Translations under genes and position numbers: made by a program
In this document: positions 22,679-34,228 of the stretch, one piece after another
Numbering within the stretch: the stretch's first letter is position 1
Layout: each line of letters opens with the position of its first letter
Origin: Camelus ferus
Lineage: Eukaryota
Direction: 5' to 3'
Assembly: GCF_009834535.1 (NCBI RefSeq)
Contig: NC_045697.1
Span: 44,084,001-44,148,000, forward strand
DNA: 64,000 nt
The notes under the pieces: generated by a model
The model's database searches: none
What the model was told of the DNA's origin: nothing
What the model saw: only the letters and a program-made list of their open reading frames with translations

Positions 22679-25600
22679 TTGTCTATACTCAATTTTCCTA
22701 CTTTCTTCTGAAAGGCACCACTTTTCGCTAGCCTGGAATATAAAAATTACTCTGCATTTCTCTATGCCAATCTCAGCCAAACTATTATATTTAGAAATGG
22801 GTGAGGAAAATAACTCGTGAAACTAATATAATGAAAATCACAGAACTATTCTTTCTGCACTCTTCTTTATCTTGAAGACAGATCTCTAGGAAGCTATATG
22901 ACTTTTATATATTTTAGGTTAAGCTTTAAAGCACATAGTTCTTAGGAACTGAAACTGGTGGAAATTTTAATTTTCTCAGCTAATTGTTAAGGAAATAAAT
23001 AATACGCCATATAATAAAACATAATTCTGAGATACTCTCTCAACCACTGCGAGAAGGAACACTGAATTGGAAAACCTGTATTTAGGCTTCATTTTCTTTT
23101 TATCAGCCACGTGGTATTAGACACATCTCTCAATCTGAAGCCTCCTCCAGGGCTGTAGTAAGAGTACATGAGGATATATATGTATTCAAATGCACTTCGT
23201 AAATGGTAAAGTAGTATCCAAAGTTTGTTCTTTCTTAGGAACAACTAATTCCACTTTGGGGACTTTAATTGTTCCAGGAGGATGATGCTAATTGACCAAG
23301 AGAGGATGTACAGGGAATTATTTTTCCAACAAAGATGAGACACATCTCTTTCTTTTCACTGGCTTTTCTTTTCATAACTGATGGCACGTGTTTGTGAGAC
23401 CATGTTTCCAGATTGGGTGTGGTCTCTAACCATTCAAGGAGCCAGCAAAAGTTGGCTAGTCCACCAAATTACATTACTAGCCTGATTCTCTGATGCAAAG
23501 CTTCCCAGCAGCAATGCCAGCAGGGTACTACTATCAACCCCCTTAAGCCCACAGGGTGGCCTGGGCTGCCTAGAGCCCTTGAGGTAGTCACATCAAGCCA
23601 TCCCATACAGCTTTGTAGGTTTGCCCCCACGTATTAAACAAATATTTCCAATTGTAAAATGATGCAGAAAGGATTGGTAAATACTGTAGTCTAACCAGTG
23701 TGACTAACTAGTTTGAGTTCTGTACAACATTAAATTGGTAGTAACAATTGATACTACTTTTCAAGCATTTACCTTGCGCTATATATATGTTTCAAAGGCT
23801 TAGTTTTAGTCTTAAAATACTCTGCAAGACAGGTCTTCAACTTTTACAAAAGATGAAAGCAAAATCAGAGCCAAGTATAGCCACCAGGAAATAATCAATT
23901 GAAATTGGAATTCATGTTTCTCTAGTCTCAAGCCACCTCTGGTAGAAGAAATAACCGAAACATCATCTCATATACACAATAATGAATTGGTTTACACTGT
24001 AGAACAGAATTCATTTTCTTCCTTCTGTTGACCACGCCTTTTTCACACTACTGGCAGGAATTTCCCTTTGTCTCCCTACACATCAAATATTTTCCAGAAA
24101 AGCAGCTAACAAAACCTCTTCTATGATAGGTACCTCTGGGGAGAGAGAGCAAGGATTGAGGGTCAAGGCTTTAACTATATCCATAACTTAAGTCTCTTCT
24201 GGCTGCTACTGTGTTTAAAATGATTCATAAATAAAAGTTTTAAAAATAGAATTCATTACAATTCAGGCAAAAATGCTTCCAAATGATCATATGTATATTT
24301 CTTTGGTTATGAAGTAAGTTTCTTAATCTCTACATCAACAAAAAGAGAAATGAACCAAAGGGTCACTTTAACATCTATCTTGCCAGTCTCACTTTGCATT
24401 TTGCCATTTATGCATTTGAGAGAGCACCAATATTCTCATAATAACAGTTTCCACACCTCTGAGTCATTTTGATTCAGGCTTTTCAACCAGAGCCTCTTGC
24501 TTATGTCCTTGCTGCTTCTTTCACAGCTCTGGTGATGGCGCTGGGGAAGGTTTCAGAGGACATAATAATCTGAGCCAGAGCTGAAGTGTCAATAGAGTTT
24601 GCCATGCAGAGAGGGGCCACTTCAAGCAGATGCAGAAACAGAGATAAAAAACAACTACTTGGATCTTCTTGGCTGATAAAGCATTGAAAAATAGGTTAAT
24701 TTGGAGGCTTGAGAGGGTTGAAAGGAGAATACAGAGGTAGCTGGGAGTGGTTACAGATGGCCTGGGTAAGTAACTAGAGGTCAGATCACAAAGGGTCTTG
24801 CACGCATTTGGATAAGCTTTGGGTCCAGCCTTCGGGTCAATGGCCACCACAGTAATCTACACCCATCTACTGAGAGTAGAAGAAATTATTAGAATTTATT
24901 TTTGTAATTTTTGCCCCATCTTCTATTTTTTGTGTTTCATAATATTGATCAGTACATCACATCATATATGAATTTATAAATTATTATAAATCATTATGCT
25001 TATATCAAAGGAATGTACTCAAAATTTTTTATGGAAAGAGCTCCACAATCAAATAGTTTGAAGATGGTGGCTTCAGACAATGACAAGTTGACTAATTCTC
25101 TCCTTCTCATACTACCTTTTTGCTGAGCCTTTACTTCAAAAATACTACCTTGTCGCCAGCACTAACACCATGGTATTCTCTTTTTTCTGTCTATTCTTTC
25201 CTGCCTTCCTCACAACTTCCCAGATCTCAGAAGACAGACGATTCCTTCCCATTCACACACAGACTTGTGTTTAATTCTGCCAACATGTACAATAACAGAA
25301 GTATGGAGTGGATGTAATTCAGGTTGGAAGAGAGGTGTATGAGGAAAGGCTTCACAGAGGAGCTTGGCCTATGTCTTTTAGGCACTGAAGAGCTCAAGGG
25401 ATTAAAATCCTTCCTTCAGGGAATGCCCCTGATAACATGTGCATTTTTAGAAAAATCATTTCCAGGAATCTAGAAAATGGAATGAATGGGGAAGAAATCA
25501 GACTGGCGGAATCAGAGCAGGCTATTGTAATTATTGCATTCCTTTTTTTTTAATTAAGCAGGTCTTACTTTGGTCCTTCATAAATAAAACAAATAAAAGC

Positions 25601-26075
25601 AATAAATGAGTTATTACCTATTTAAGGAAACTAGGAAGAAGGCACAGGAAAAACAGGGCAGCAAAAAGTTGAGGAAAAAATTAATGAAAAGGGAGAGAAC
25701 TAGGGAAAGAGTGTCAATAAAGTCAAGGGAGGTGAGAGTTTCAAGAAGTGGTCAATACGTTAAAAATTAACATACAAGGTAAAAGAGGTCAAGAAAAGGA
25801 TTTAGAAGTGCTCATTTAGATTTGGCAAGATTACCGGTGACCCTCAGTCAGTGCTATTTCATTACAGTGGTGACAGATACCTGGCTACAGTAGGTTGAAA
25901 AATCAACAGGACTTAAGGAAGTAGGTGTACGCTTCTGTTTTAAGGAACCTGGTTACAAAGGAAAGGAGAGTGGTAGGGTAGTGTAGAGGTGCACCTAGGC
26001 TCAAGAATTTGTGAGCATGCTCAGTGTCTTTAGATAAGGAAGCAGTAGAGGGAGCAGTTTAAAATAAAAGAACAG

Positions 26076-26271
26076 TTCTCAAGAAAACTAAAAATAGAAC
26101 TACCATATGACCCAGCAATTCCACTCCTGGGTATGTATCTGAAAAAACAAAAACTAATTCAAAAAGATAAATGCACCCCAAGGTTCAGAGCAGCATTATT
26201 TACAATAGTCAAGATATGGAAGCAACCTAAGTGCCAATGAACAGATGAATGGATAAAGATAAGGCATATAT

Positions 26272-26348
<77 letters not shown>

Positions 26349-26787
26349 TACACACATATATACACAGTGGAATAGTACTCAACCATAAAAAGAACAAAAT
26401 TTTGTCATTTGCATCAACATGGATGGAACTTGGAGAGCATTATGCTAAGTGAAATAAATCAGAGAAAGACAAATATTGCATGGTATCACTTACATGTTGA
26501 ATCTAAAAAATATAACAAACTAGTGAATATAACAAAAAAGAAGCAGACTTACAGATACAGAGAAAAACTAGTGGTTACCAGTAGGAAGGCAGGGGGACAA
26601 TTTACGTGTAGGGGAGTGGAGGTACAAACTACAGGGTGTAAGATAGGCTCAAGGATGTACTGTACAACGCAGGGAATGTAGCCAATATTTTGTAATAAAT
26701 TTAATAGGGAATAATCTTTAAAATGGTATAATAAATCAATTTAAATAAATAAATAAGCTTTTCCAAAAAAAAAAAAAAAAAGAAAAG
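26076..26787 (+). mobile_element. Relatively young 5'-truncated L1 insertion with poly(A) tail and target-site duplication
   Basis: Near-consensus L1 3' region (aaatagaactaccatatgacccagcaattccactcctgggtat), AATAAA, A-tail 26765-26781; aaagaacag flanks both ends (26067-26075, 26788-26796), preceded by a ttt/aaaa endonuclease-type site. Confidence 0.88.
26265..26366. repeat. Compound (TA)n/(CA)n microsatellite inside the L1
   Basis: Direct reading of about 100 bp of alternating TA and CA dinucleotides. Confidence 0.95.
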
Positions 26788-27301
26788 AAAGAACAGGAGT
26801 TAACTGATGGAAACAAATCCCAGAGAAGAAAGCGTACAATTTAGGAAACAGCTTAGGTGGAGGAATCAGCCCTATTTAAAACAAGCAATACCACAAAAGG
26901 CCTACCATTCATAGCTGAAACTACTGAACCTCACATGTTACATTTTTTTTTAGATAATTTGCCTTCAAGCTACTTATTCCACTCTTCTACATTATAGCTT
27001 CACTTTTCATCCCTTTACATTTTTCCATGCTATTTCTATTTAAATGCTATCTTCCTCCACCCCACTCCCCCACTTAGGTAAAGTTCAAGGTCCAACTCAA
27101 ATACCACTTGTCCCCTACAGCTCTTTCTGATCTTTTCATAAAAGTCCCTTGTCAGTGGTTTAACTCCCTACATCTCATATTGCCTTACTAGGCTACCACT
27201 TTTTAAAGTACTGTACATTTCTCTTTGTCTGTGAGGATCTGTTCTACCCACTTTTCTAGTTCTCACTGATTCCAATGACCTATACCAGACTGAACCACAG
27301 A

Positions 27302-28103
27302 TGTGGGTTCAAATTAGATAGGTCTGAAAACATGCCCCACTCTTGGGCCAAATGAAATTTTCTTGCCATGACTAGACACAGCCAGAATTGGACCAAGCTT
27401 GCAGAGCTCTGCTAAGAATACTGGACAACTGTCATTACAGGCACTACAGATGAAAATCTGAAACCGAGCAGGTCCCTGGGCGGCCCTCCCGGGTAAAACC
27501 CCTCTGTGCCTCCTGGTTCTAGCCAAAAAAAAAAGCCTTTAGTCTCCTTGGTCTTCCTTGAGTTCCAAAGAGCAGACTCAAGCAATTACTAATTAGGGTC
27601 GTGAAGGAATGCAGGAAAAAAAAAAAAAAAAAAAGGAAAAGCAGTTAAGCAAGATAGCCTGAACAACAGTTCAGTGATAAAAACAGTCCCAGTTCCTCAC
27701 GAGATATACATAACAATCCGATGGATATCTTTGAGTAGTTCTGCAAAAACTAAGACACCATCCATCCCCTGCCCCACCAAGGTGGAGGGTGGTGACTACC
27801 TGCTGACCAGAAGCACCTAGACTCCACCGGTTGGAACCAGAAGGCTGATGACTGAGAGTCTCAAAATACCAACCTGTTACCTCACCCTCAACCCACCAGA
27901 ATAGTCTGCACCCTACAGCCCTCACCCCAAATACTGCTTTTTAAAAAACCCTAAAAGCCATCAAAGAGTTAAGGCCTTTTGAACACAGCCGCCCCCGCCC
28001 TTCCCCTCGCTTCGCGCCTTGCAGTCAACGTTAGAGTTTCCTTCACCACAATTTGGAGTAAACTAGCTTTGCCGGGATGGAGAGCAGAGTTCAGTTCCGT
28101 ATC
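27302..28103 (+). mobile_element. ERV1-class solo LTR in THAP9 intron 1
   Basis: TG...CA ends (tgtgggttc ... ttccgtatca), TATA-like tttaaaaa near 27940, LTR U5-like tttccttcaccacaa...gagttcagttccgtatca; target-site duplication not evident. Confidence 0.6.
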
Positions 28104-29000
28104 AAATTCATCTGTACTCATGTTCTGGAGCAAGCCACGCACTCCAATAAAAGCTCACGCCTTCAACAGGTATTCTAAACTGCCTTTCCTTCTCCTAAGA
28201 CGACCGACGCCTACCGCGTTAAGTAACGCTAAAAGCTATCGAGCACCGGTAGGCAATGACAAAAAGACAGACACGCGGAGGTAAAAAGAGCAAGACCTGA
28301 AGCAAGAACCCCACTCTCCAAGTGACCCGGTTCCCCTCCCTACCCCCGCGCTACGCACGCCACGCCACGTCACGTCACGTCACGTCTGGGAGACGCACGG
28401 CCCGGCCCCGCCCCACCCTGGCCTACAGCCCTCCTGGCCGTGCTGGGAGTTATCGCGGAGGCTGCTCTCACGCACTGGTGGAAGGAGAGGCCTCGCTCCC
28501 GGCTCAGCACGGTGTCCCGGGTGCTGCAGCCCACAGCCGAGCAACTTCGGGTCATCTTCTTGCTACGTGGAGCTCCACCGTCGGTATTCCCGCGACAGCA
28601 TGAATCACGATAAAGTTAGCTCCGCCCGATGACTCGGCGGCTGCAACCTTTACTTGTTGGGAAAGGCGGGCTCTTAAAGCGCTCGGCTCCCACCCTTCCT
28701 CTCCATGGGCTCTGCGCTTGACGCCGTGGCCAATCACAGGCCGCGTCGTGTCACAGCAGCCAATCTGAAAGGCCAGGGGCATAAAGACGAGCACTTGGCC
28801 GCTCCTTCGTCTCTGTTCTAGGGTGGTTAGTGGATTTAGCTGTCAAAGACTTGTTTTTTTCCGCTGTGGTTAAATCCAGTGCCATCGCGCTTCTTGTGAG
28901 GCCCAGCCAGAGAATGCGAAGGGAGAGGCCGGACCAAAGTTGAGGCGAATCCAGAGGCATGCCGGTGGGTCTCCGGGTGCGAGCTCAGAAAGTGACTGGA
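27990..29000. promoter_or_regulatory. CpG island: bidirectional promoter for THAP9 (-) and the THAP9-AS1-like transcript (+)
   Basis: High CpG density; CCAAT boxes at 28730-28734 and 28760-28764 (30-bp spacing); TATA-like CATAAA 28780-28785; pyrimidine tract 28802-28819. Confidence 0.9.
28476..28555 (-). CDS. THAP9: THAP9 exon 1 coding part
   Basis: ATG at 28555, MTRSCSAVGCSTRDTVLSRERGLSFHQ (C-x4-C of THAP domain), donor CACCA|gtgcgt; 80 nt. Confidence 0.96.
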
Positions 29001-30049
29001 GGATGTAATGGGAGGTGTAGGAGGGAGAAGGATCAATGAGGCTCCCTAGAAATATGGAGGGCTAAGTTGGATCTAAAATAAATGGTTTACTGAGGGGCAT
29101 GTCATTTCTTTGCATTTTATTTTGTAGTTCCCTGATGCAGAGATAATGAATGTAGAAGCTAGTGGAATGGTTGACCATAGGTATGTGACCTCATAGGAGC
29201 TTGAATAAGAATCTGATGTGAAGATACGTCGACTTTTAGTTGAACGAACGCTTTTCTGCAGGATCATTTGCTGCAGTGGAGGAATTAAGGAAATAAGGTA
29301 AGAAGGTCCTCGGGGCTCTGGGGAAGCGAACGATCTCGTGGGGACTGTCAACAGCAGTACTAGGAGGGGCGGGAGAGAGGGGCAACTAAACGGGTTTGGT
29401 TGGGATGTAGGGCATGGTGGTTAGCTTTCAGGAGTGAGAAGATCTTAGAACGATGTCTTTGTTAATCTTTATTTTTACAGTATGCGATTTCAGTTTTCAT
29501 AGAAGAAACAAAATGGGGCCAAAGTAGATCATAGTTTCTGTTTTGTATCTTTGTAGAGATCTATAGCATATGAAGTGGCATCTTTCCTGGTTGACGTTAG
29601 AGGCCCGTTATAGAAAACAAATGTTTGTAACATTAATTTTTCTCTAGTTGGCAAGAATGATTCCAATATTTCCAAACAAGATCGTTCTTTCCCCCCTTTT
29701 TGTTTAGTTTATCCAGATTCCAGCCGCAAAGATTCATCTCAAGGTATTATTTATTTACAGTCGCTTTCCATTATAATATGCTTGTGTCCTATGTGAATGA
29801 AATTAACATAGCTTTTGCTTATGTAGCTTTGTTAACAGTTACATGGCCTAAAGATAGTTCATGAATTTGGGGAAGATTGGTCCATGGGGGATGTGCTTAC
29901 TTGGCTGTAAGATGTGCAAGACGTAGGACCTGGATTTAAGTCACTATCAGTTGATTACACTGTTAGAAAGTTCCAGCACTCAACCAATTAAGACCTGAGT
30001 GAGGCTAAATAGAAATAAATACGTTTTTAATTAAAAATTGGTTGCTTTA

Positions 30050-30720
30050 CTTTTTTGGTAACAGTTTTATTGAGCTATAACTCAAATAAATACCATACAG
30101 TTAATACGTTTAAAGTGCACAATTCGATGGTTTTTAGTATATTCATGAGTTGTGCAACCATCACCACAATCAATTTTTGAACATTTTCATGACCCCAGAA
30201 AGAAGTCCCATTTTCATTAGTAGTCACTTATATTTTCCCTCCTCCAGCCTCTGGAAACCACTGATCTTTGTTTAGATTTGCCTATTCTGGATACTTCATA
30301 TAAATGGAATCAGAAACTAATGTATCATCTTTTGTGACTGGCTTCTTGCACTTGGAATATTTTTAAGGTTCATTCATGTCGTAGTATCAGTACTTCATTT
30401 TTTTTATTGCCAAAAAATATTCCATTGTATGGGTATACCACATTTTATTTTATCAATTCATCAGTTGGTGGACATCTGAGTTGCTTCCATTTTGAGTGGC
30501 TGTTAGGAATAATGCTGCTATGAACATTAGTGTACAAGTTTGTGTGTAGACATATGTTTTCATTCCTCTTGAGTATACACCTAAGGATGGAATTGTTGGG
30601 TCATATGCTAACTCTTATGTTTAACCTCTTAAGGAAATGCCAGACTTTTTCCAAAGTAGCTGTACCATTTTACATTCCCACTAGCGATGGATGAGGGTTC
30701 CAATTTCTCCACATTCTTGT
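30050..30720 (-). mobile_element. L1 3' end fragment (L1MB-like)
   Basis: ttttattgagctataactca..., gttgtgcaaccatcaccacaatcaatttt, tattccattgtatgggtataccacatttt, aattgttgggtcatatg. Confidence 0.85.
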
Positions 30721-30849
30721 AGATGTGAAAGTAATATCATTGTGACGGTTGCCTTTTTTTAAGGACTCAGTTTGCTAGAAGATGCTCCTTGAGTGCAGAG
30801 ACAATGTCTAAGATGAATTTGTCTTTCAGCCCCTTATGAACAAATAGAC

Positions 30850-31440
30850 ACATGTTTCTGCTATAATGTTATATGAATTCCTGAAAAAACCTCCTGTTCA
30901 GCAAAATTGTGCATTTGAAAGAAGCAGGACTTATACAGAAAATAGGGTTAGGGCTGACTACTCAAAACTTATGCAATTTTATAATCTCTAAAATAAACAG
31001 TGATTGGTAGCTGGGAGGTATTCTTATGCCCTCCTACCACATTAAAGGTAACTTTAAATGGAGACTTAAAGTTACCGTTAAGGTGTATTAAAAGAGCAAG
31101 TTTGGTGGGTGCTAGGTATTACTGATGGAAGTGGAGCCCTAGGCAAATGGACTGCTGTTAAGATAGTTGTTCACAGGTAGTGTAACCTGCTGAAAGCCTG
31201 GAGAGGGAGGTGGGTGCTGCTGGGCAGGGAGCCCCCGGTGCAGGCACTCATTTTTCATTTTCTTAAGATAGAGCTCAAAGTACTCTTACTGCTGCCAGTT
31301 CAGCATCAGAGTCCAAAGAGGGCTTTTTTCCTTTATGCTGAATTGATTTCCAGATAATGTGGCTCTCACATTATTTTGACAGCATTCTTCTAATTACAGA
31401 TAAGTTACAGAAAACTGCTATGCTGCAGAACAGATTTGCT
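30850..31440. mobile_element. Ancient DNA transposon remnant (Tigger-like, tentative)
   Basis: Terminal regions resemble old Tigger elements (atgaattcctgaaaaaacc...gcaaaattgtgcatt...aaaatagggttaggg); recall only. Confidence 0.35.
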
Positions 31441-31710
31441 TAAATATTGTAGACCTGCTAAACGAAAATAACCAACTCAGTTTACAGAAGCCACAGTGGG
31501 TCGCTGCTCTGGGTACTCTTTAGTATGCTTCTGGATAGGGAATTATGCAACCATTTATAAATGGAATCATTGATTTTGAGTTGTATTTATGTGTTTTTAC
31601 ATTTGCCTGTAAGTTTTACATGCTTTTTTGTTGTATTTTGTATCATTTTACGGGTGACGTTGAAGTTCCCAATTTAATCATTTGATTGTATCTGTTTCCT
31701 CCAATAACTT

Positions 31711-31789
31711 CATATCCAGTGATTAAACTTTTTGACTGCTGTTCACATAATGAACCGTTGTGATTATTGAATATGTAAATGAGGATATG
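31711..31789 (+). ncRNA. SNORD143/SNORD144: C/D-box snoRNA, copy 1 (guide for a 28S rRNA 2'-O-methyluridine)
   Basis: Terminal stem catatcc/ggatatg; C GTGATTA 31719-31725; guide ACTGCTGTTCACAT 31735-31748; D' ATGA 31750-31753; C' GTGATTA 31760-31766; D ATGA 31779-31782; 79 nt upstream of the acceptor at 31868. Confidence 0.88.
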
Positions 31790-32587
31790 TAAGCTACATT
31801 AAAGATGTTGTTTGTAAAAGGCATTGACCATTAGACAAAATAATTTAAAATAAAATATCTCTTTTCAGGGATTATATTCTTGGAAATGTCAGAAGAAGAT
31901 TCCTGGGTCTTGGAAGTCACTTACTCAAAGTATGCAGAGGAGGTAGTATATTCTTTTGTTTTAAATGTATTAAGTATTCCTGGAACAAAAGTACCGAGTT
32001 GAAAGTGGAGGATTGTCGAGTAAAAATGGATTTTATAAAGGCTTGGGTGAAATCTACTCTCCTGTTTGGTGGTATAGGATCTCATTCATTGGTCACCTGA
32101 AAAAAAAAAAATAGTAACAGCTAAAACTTATTAAGTGGTTATATGTCAGGCTTTGTACTGAGTGTTTTATACACATACACAGTTTTTTTGTTTTTGTTTT
32201 AAACACTTTCTATTTCTCTCAACAACCCTATGAAAGTAAATAGACTTTTGCTTTCTAGGACTGGTATTGTCCTTATTGAACACCTATCCTTTTGTCAGAT
32301 TTTTTAGTCAGTTATACTAGGGCATTTATTTGTCTTCTTGATAAGTAAAATGTGTTTCTAGTAACTGACTTACATTCTTGCTAAATTTTTCATCCTATTA
32401 GTTCTCTGGGGTTTTTTGTTTGTTTGTTTTGTTTTGTTGTTGTTTTTGCTTCAGAAAGCCTTGAGGTTTTGAAATTATTGGTGAATAAATGTGAAGACAG
32501 TTCTGAATCTGATCCTTTCCCAAGATTTCACAACTTTTCAACTGATTCATAAGTTGTACATTTTACTTCTGGGATATGGTTTGTGAC

Positions 32588-33016
32588 CTGGGTTATTTAT
32601 TGCAATGTAACAAAAATTTGACAGTTTAGAACAAAAAACCTTTATCTTACAGTGGGCAGAGGAGGTAGAGGAGAGACATCAGCTTCCAAACTGTCTCACT
32701 TGGCAAGCCTCAGTTCTTTGATGGCTGTTGGCTGAAGACGTCAGTTCTTCCTCACCATGTGAACCTCCCCATGGGCTGCCTGAGTATCCTTATAATATGA
32801 CAGTTGGCTTTCCCGGAGGGAATGATCACAGAGAGAAAGGCCAAGATGGAAGCTTGTCTTTTAAAAGTTACTCTAGAAAGTGACAAAACATCACTTCTGC
32901 CTTGCTTTATTGGTCACAGAGACTAATCCTGGTGCAGTATAGGTGGACACTATACAAAGGTATGAATACCAGGAGGTGGAGGATCATTGGGGACCATCCT
33001 GGAGGTTGACAACCAC
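32588..33016 (-). mobile_element. MaLR (MLT1) LTR
   Basis: gggttatttattgcaatgtaacaaa...tgagtatccttataatatgacagttggctttccc...ggatcattggggaccatcctggaggttgacaaccaca. Confidence 0.75.
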
Positions 33017-34228
33017 ACTTTAATTAAAAACTTTTAAAAAAATGTTTCAATGTATTAAGTCAAGAGAGTTGATATTTGATCCTTAAGTCAGATAATTAGA
33101 AGTATGAGAGCATTGTATCCAAACAAGTGCTCTGTTTTCTAAGGTACATGTGGTTTCTTTCTTGCCTGTGTATATATAAACTACAAGTGGTGCTACATTC
33201 CTTTTGAGAGTTTTAAGAAAGTTCACTTTATAGTCAGAATACTCTACCTTAATGAAATATATTTTTATTGGACTCATTTCCCCTTTCCCAATTCCCCCTA
33301 GGTGGAGGGGGTTAAGAGAAGCTGGTTGGAACTAGACTAGAAATTTTGTATCCCTTCCCCTATTACTTTACCTGAGGTGCAGATTGACTTGGAAAAGTTG
33401 AAATTTCTGTTTTTGAAGGAATGTAGTCCAATTACTTACAGGCAGTTATACGAGTATTTGACATAGGATAGAGTAAAGGTGCAAATATGCAGCAGCAAAA
33501 TTCAAGCAGTTGCCCTTTTTGCCAAAAGCTTGATTTTTATCCAGTGTGGCAAGTATGCTTGCTTTCCTTCCTGCTGCTTTCCCCTGCTCTGGGCTTCTGT
33601 TCCTTATTTTATTGTATTTTAATTTTATTTTCAGGCATTGGGGGCAGCCAGCCAAGCCTAAGGCCACCCCAACCAGCTGGGGAAGGCCTGCAAGGGGTGC
33701 TGGGCCTTGCCAGGAGCTCTTCTTTCCCTCTTAATGAGTGAAATAAAAACATTGTCAAGCAGTCAGGATGTTCCTAATTGTCAGCATTCTGTTTAATGCC
33801 TGAAATTTGTAATCTTTTGAGTCTTTTCACATTATCACTGCTTATAAGTTCTTAGTAGAGATGACTCTCCCTCTTTTCCTTGAAAGTTTTAGTGCTTCTG
33901 ATCACTGGAAATGTCAAATAACAGAAACATTACATATGAAGCAAGGCATAACCAGTTTTCAAATGTATGGTTATCATTTCCATATCAGGTTTGATGTTAA
34001 GAAGACAGTACCTCCAAGTTAGCATAAGGTAATCTGTGCAAAGTAGATAAATGATATGCTTGAAATTATCTTACGAGTTTTTTCCAATGATAGTAAAATT
34101 GGAGGTCTTATCTGTTCTACATGAGAAAATTGAAATCTATAGAAATGTGCATTTATCTATATTTTAAAGGGGGCTAAGCAATAAAAACCTTGACTAGAAC
34201 TTAAGTTGAAAATGAGAAAAAAGTATAA

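Noticed and set aside
26159..26681. ORFs with IYIYIY/THTH runs
   Set aside because: Translations of the microsatellite and L1 3' region.
11410..28555. THAP9 as a mobile P element
   Set aside because: It has spliceosomal introns full of ancient repeats, conserved synteny and no visible terminal inverted repeats or target-site duplication.
28552..28794. 80-aa minus-strand ORF whose stop overlaps the THAP9 ATG
   Set aside because: Its only ATG (28782) lies beyond the CCAAT boxes, probably upstream of the THAP9 TSS; a GC-rich chance ORF.
29500..29625. Possible H/ACA snoRNA (two weak hairpins then ACA, about 85 nt before the 29707 acceptor)
   Set aside because: No ANANNA hinge at the expected place and weak stems; a snoGPS or Infernal run would be needed to revive it.
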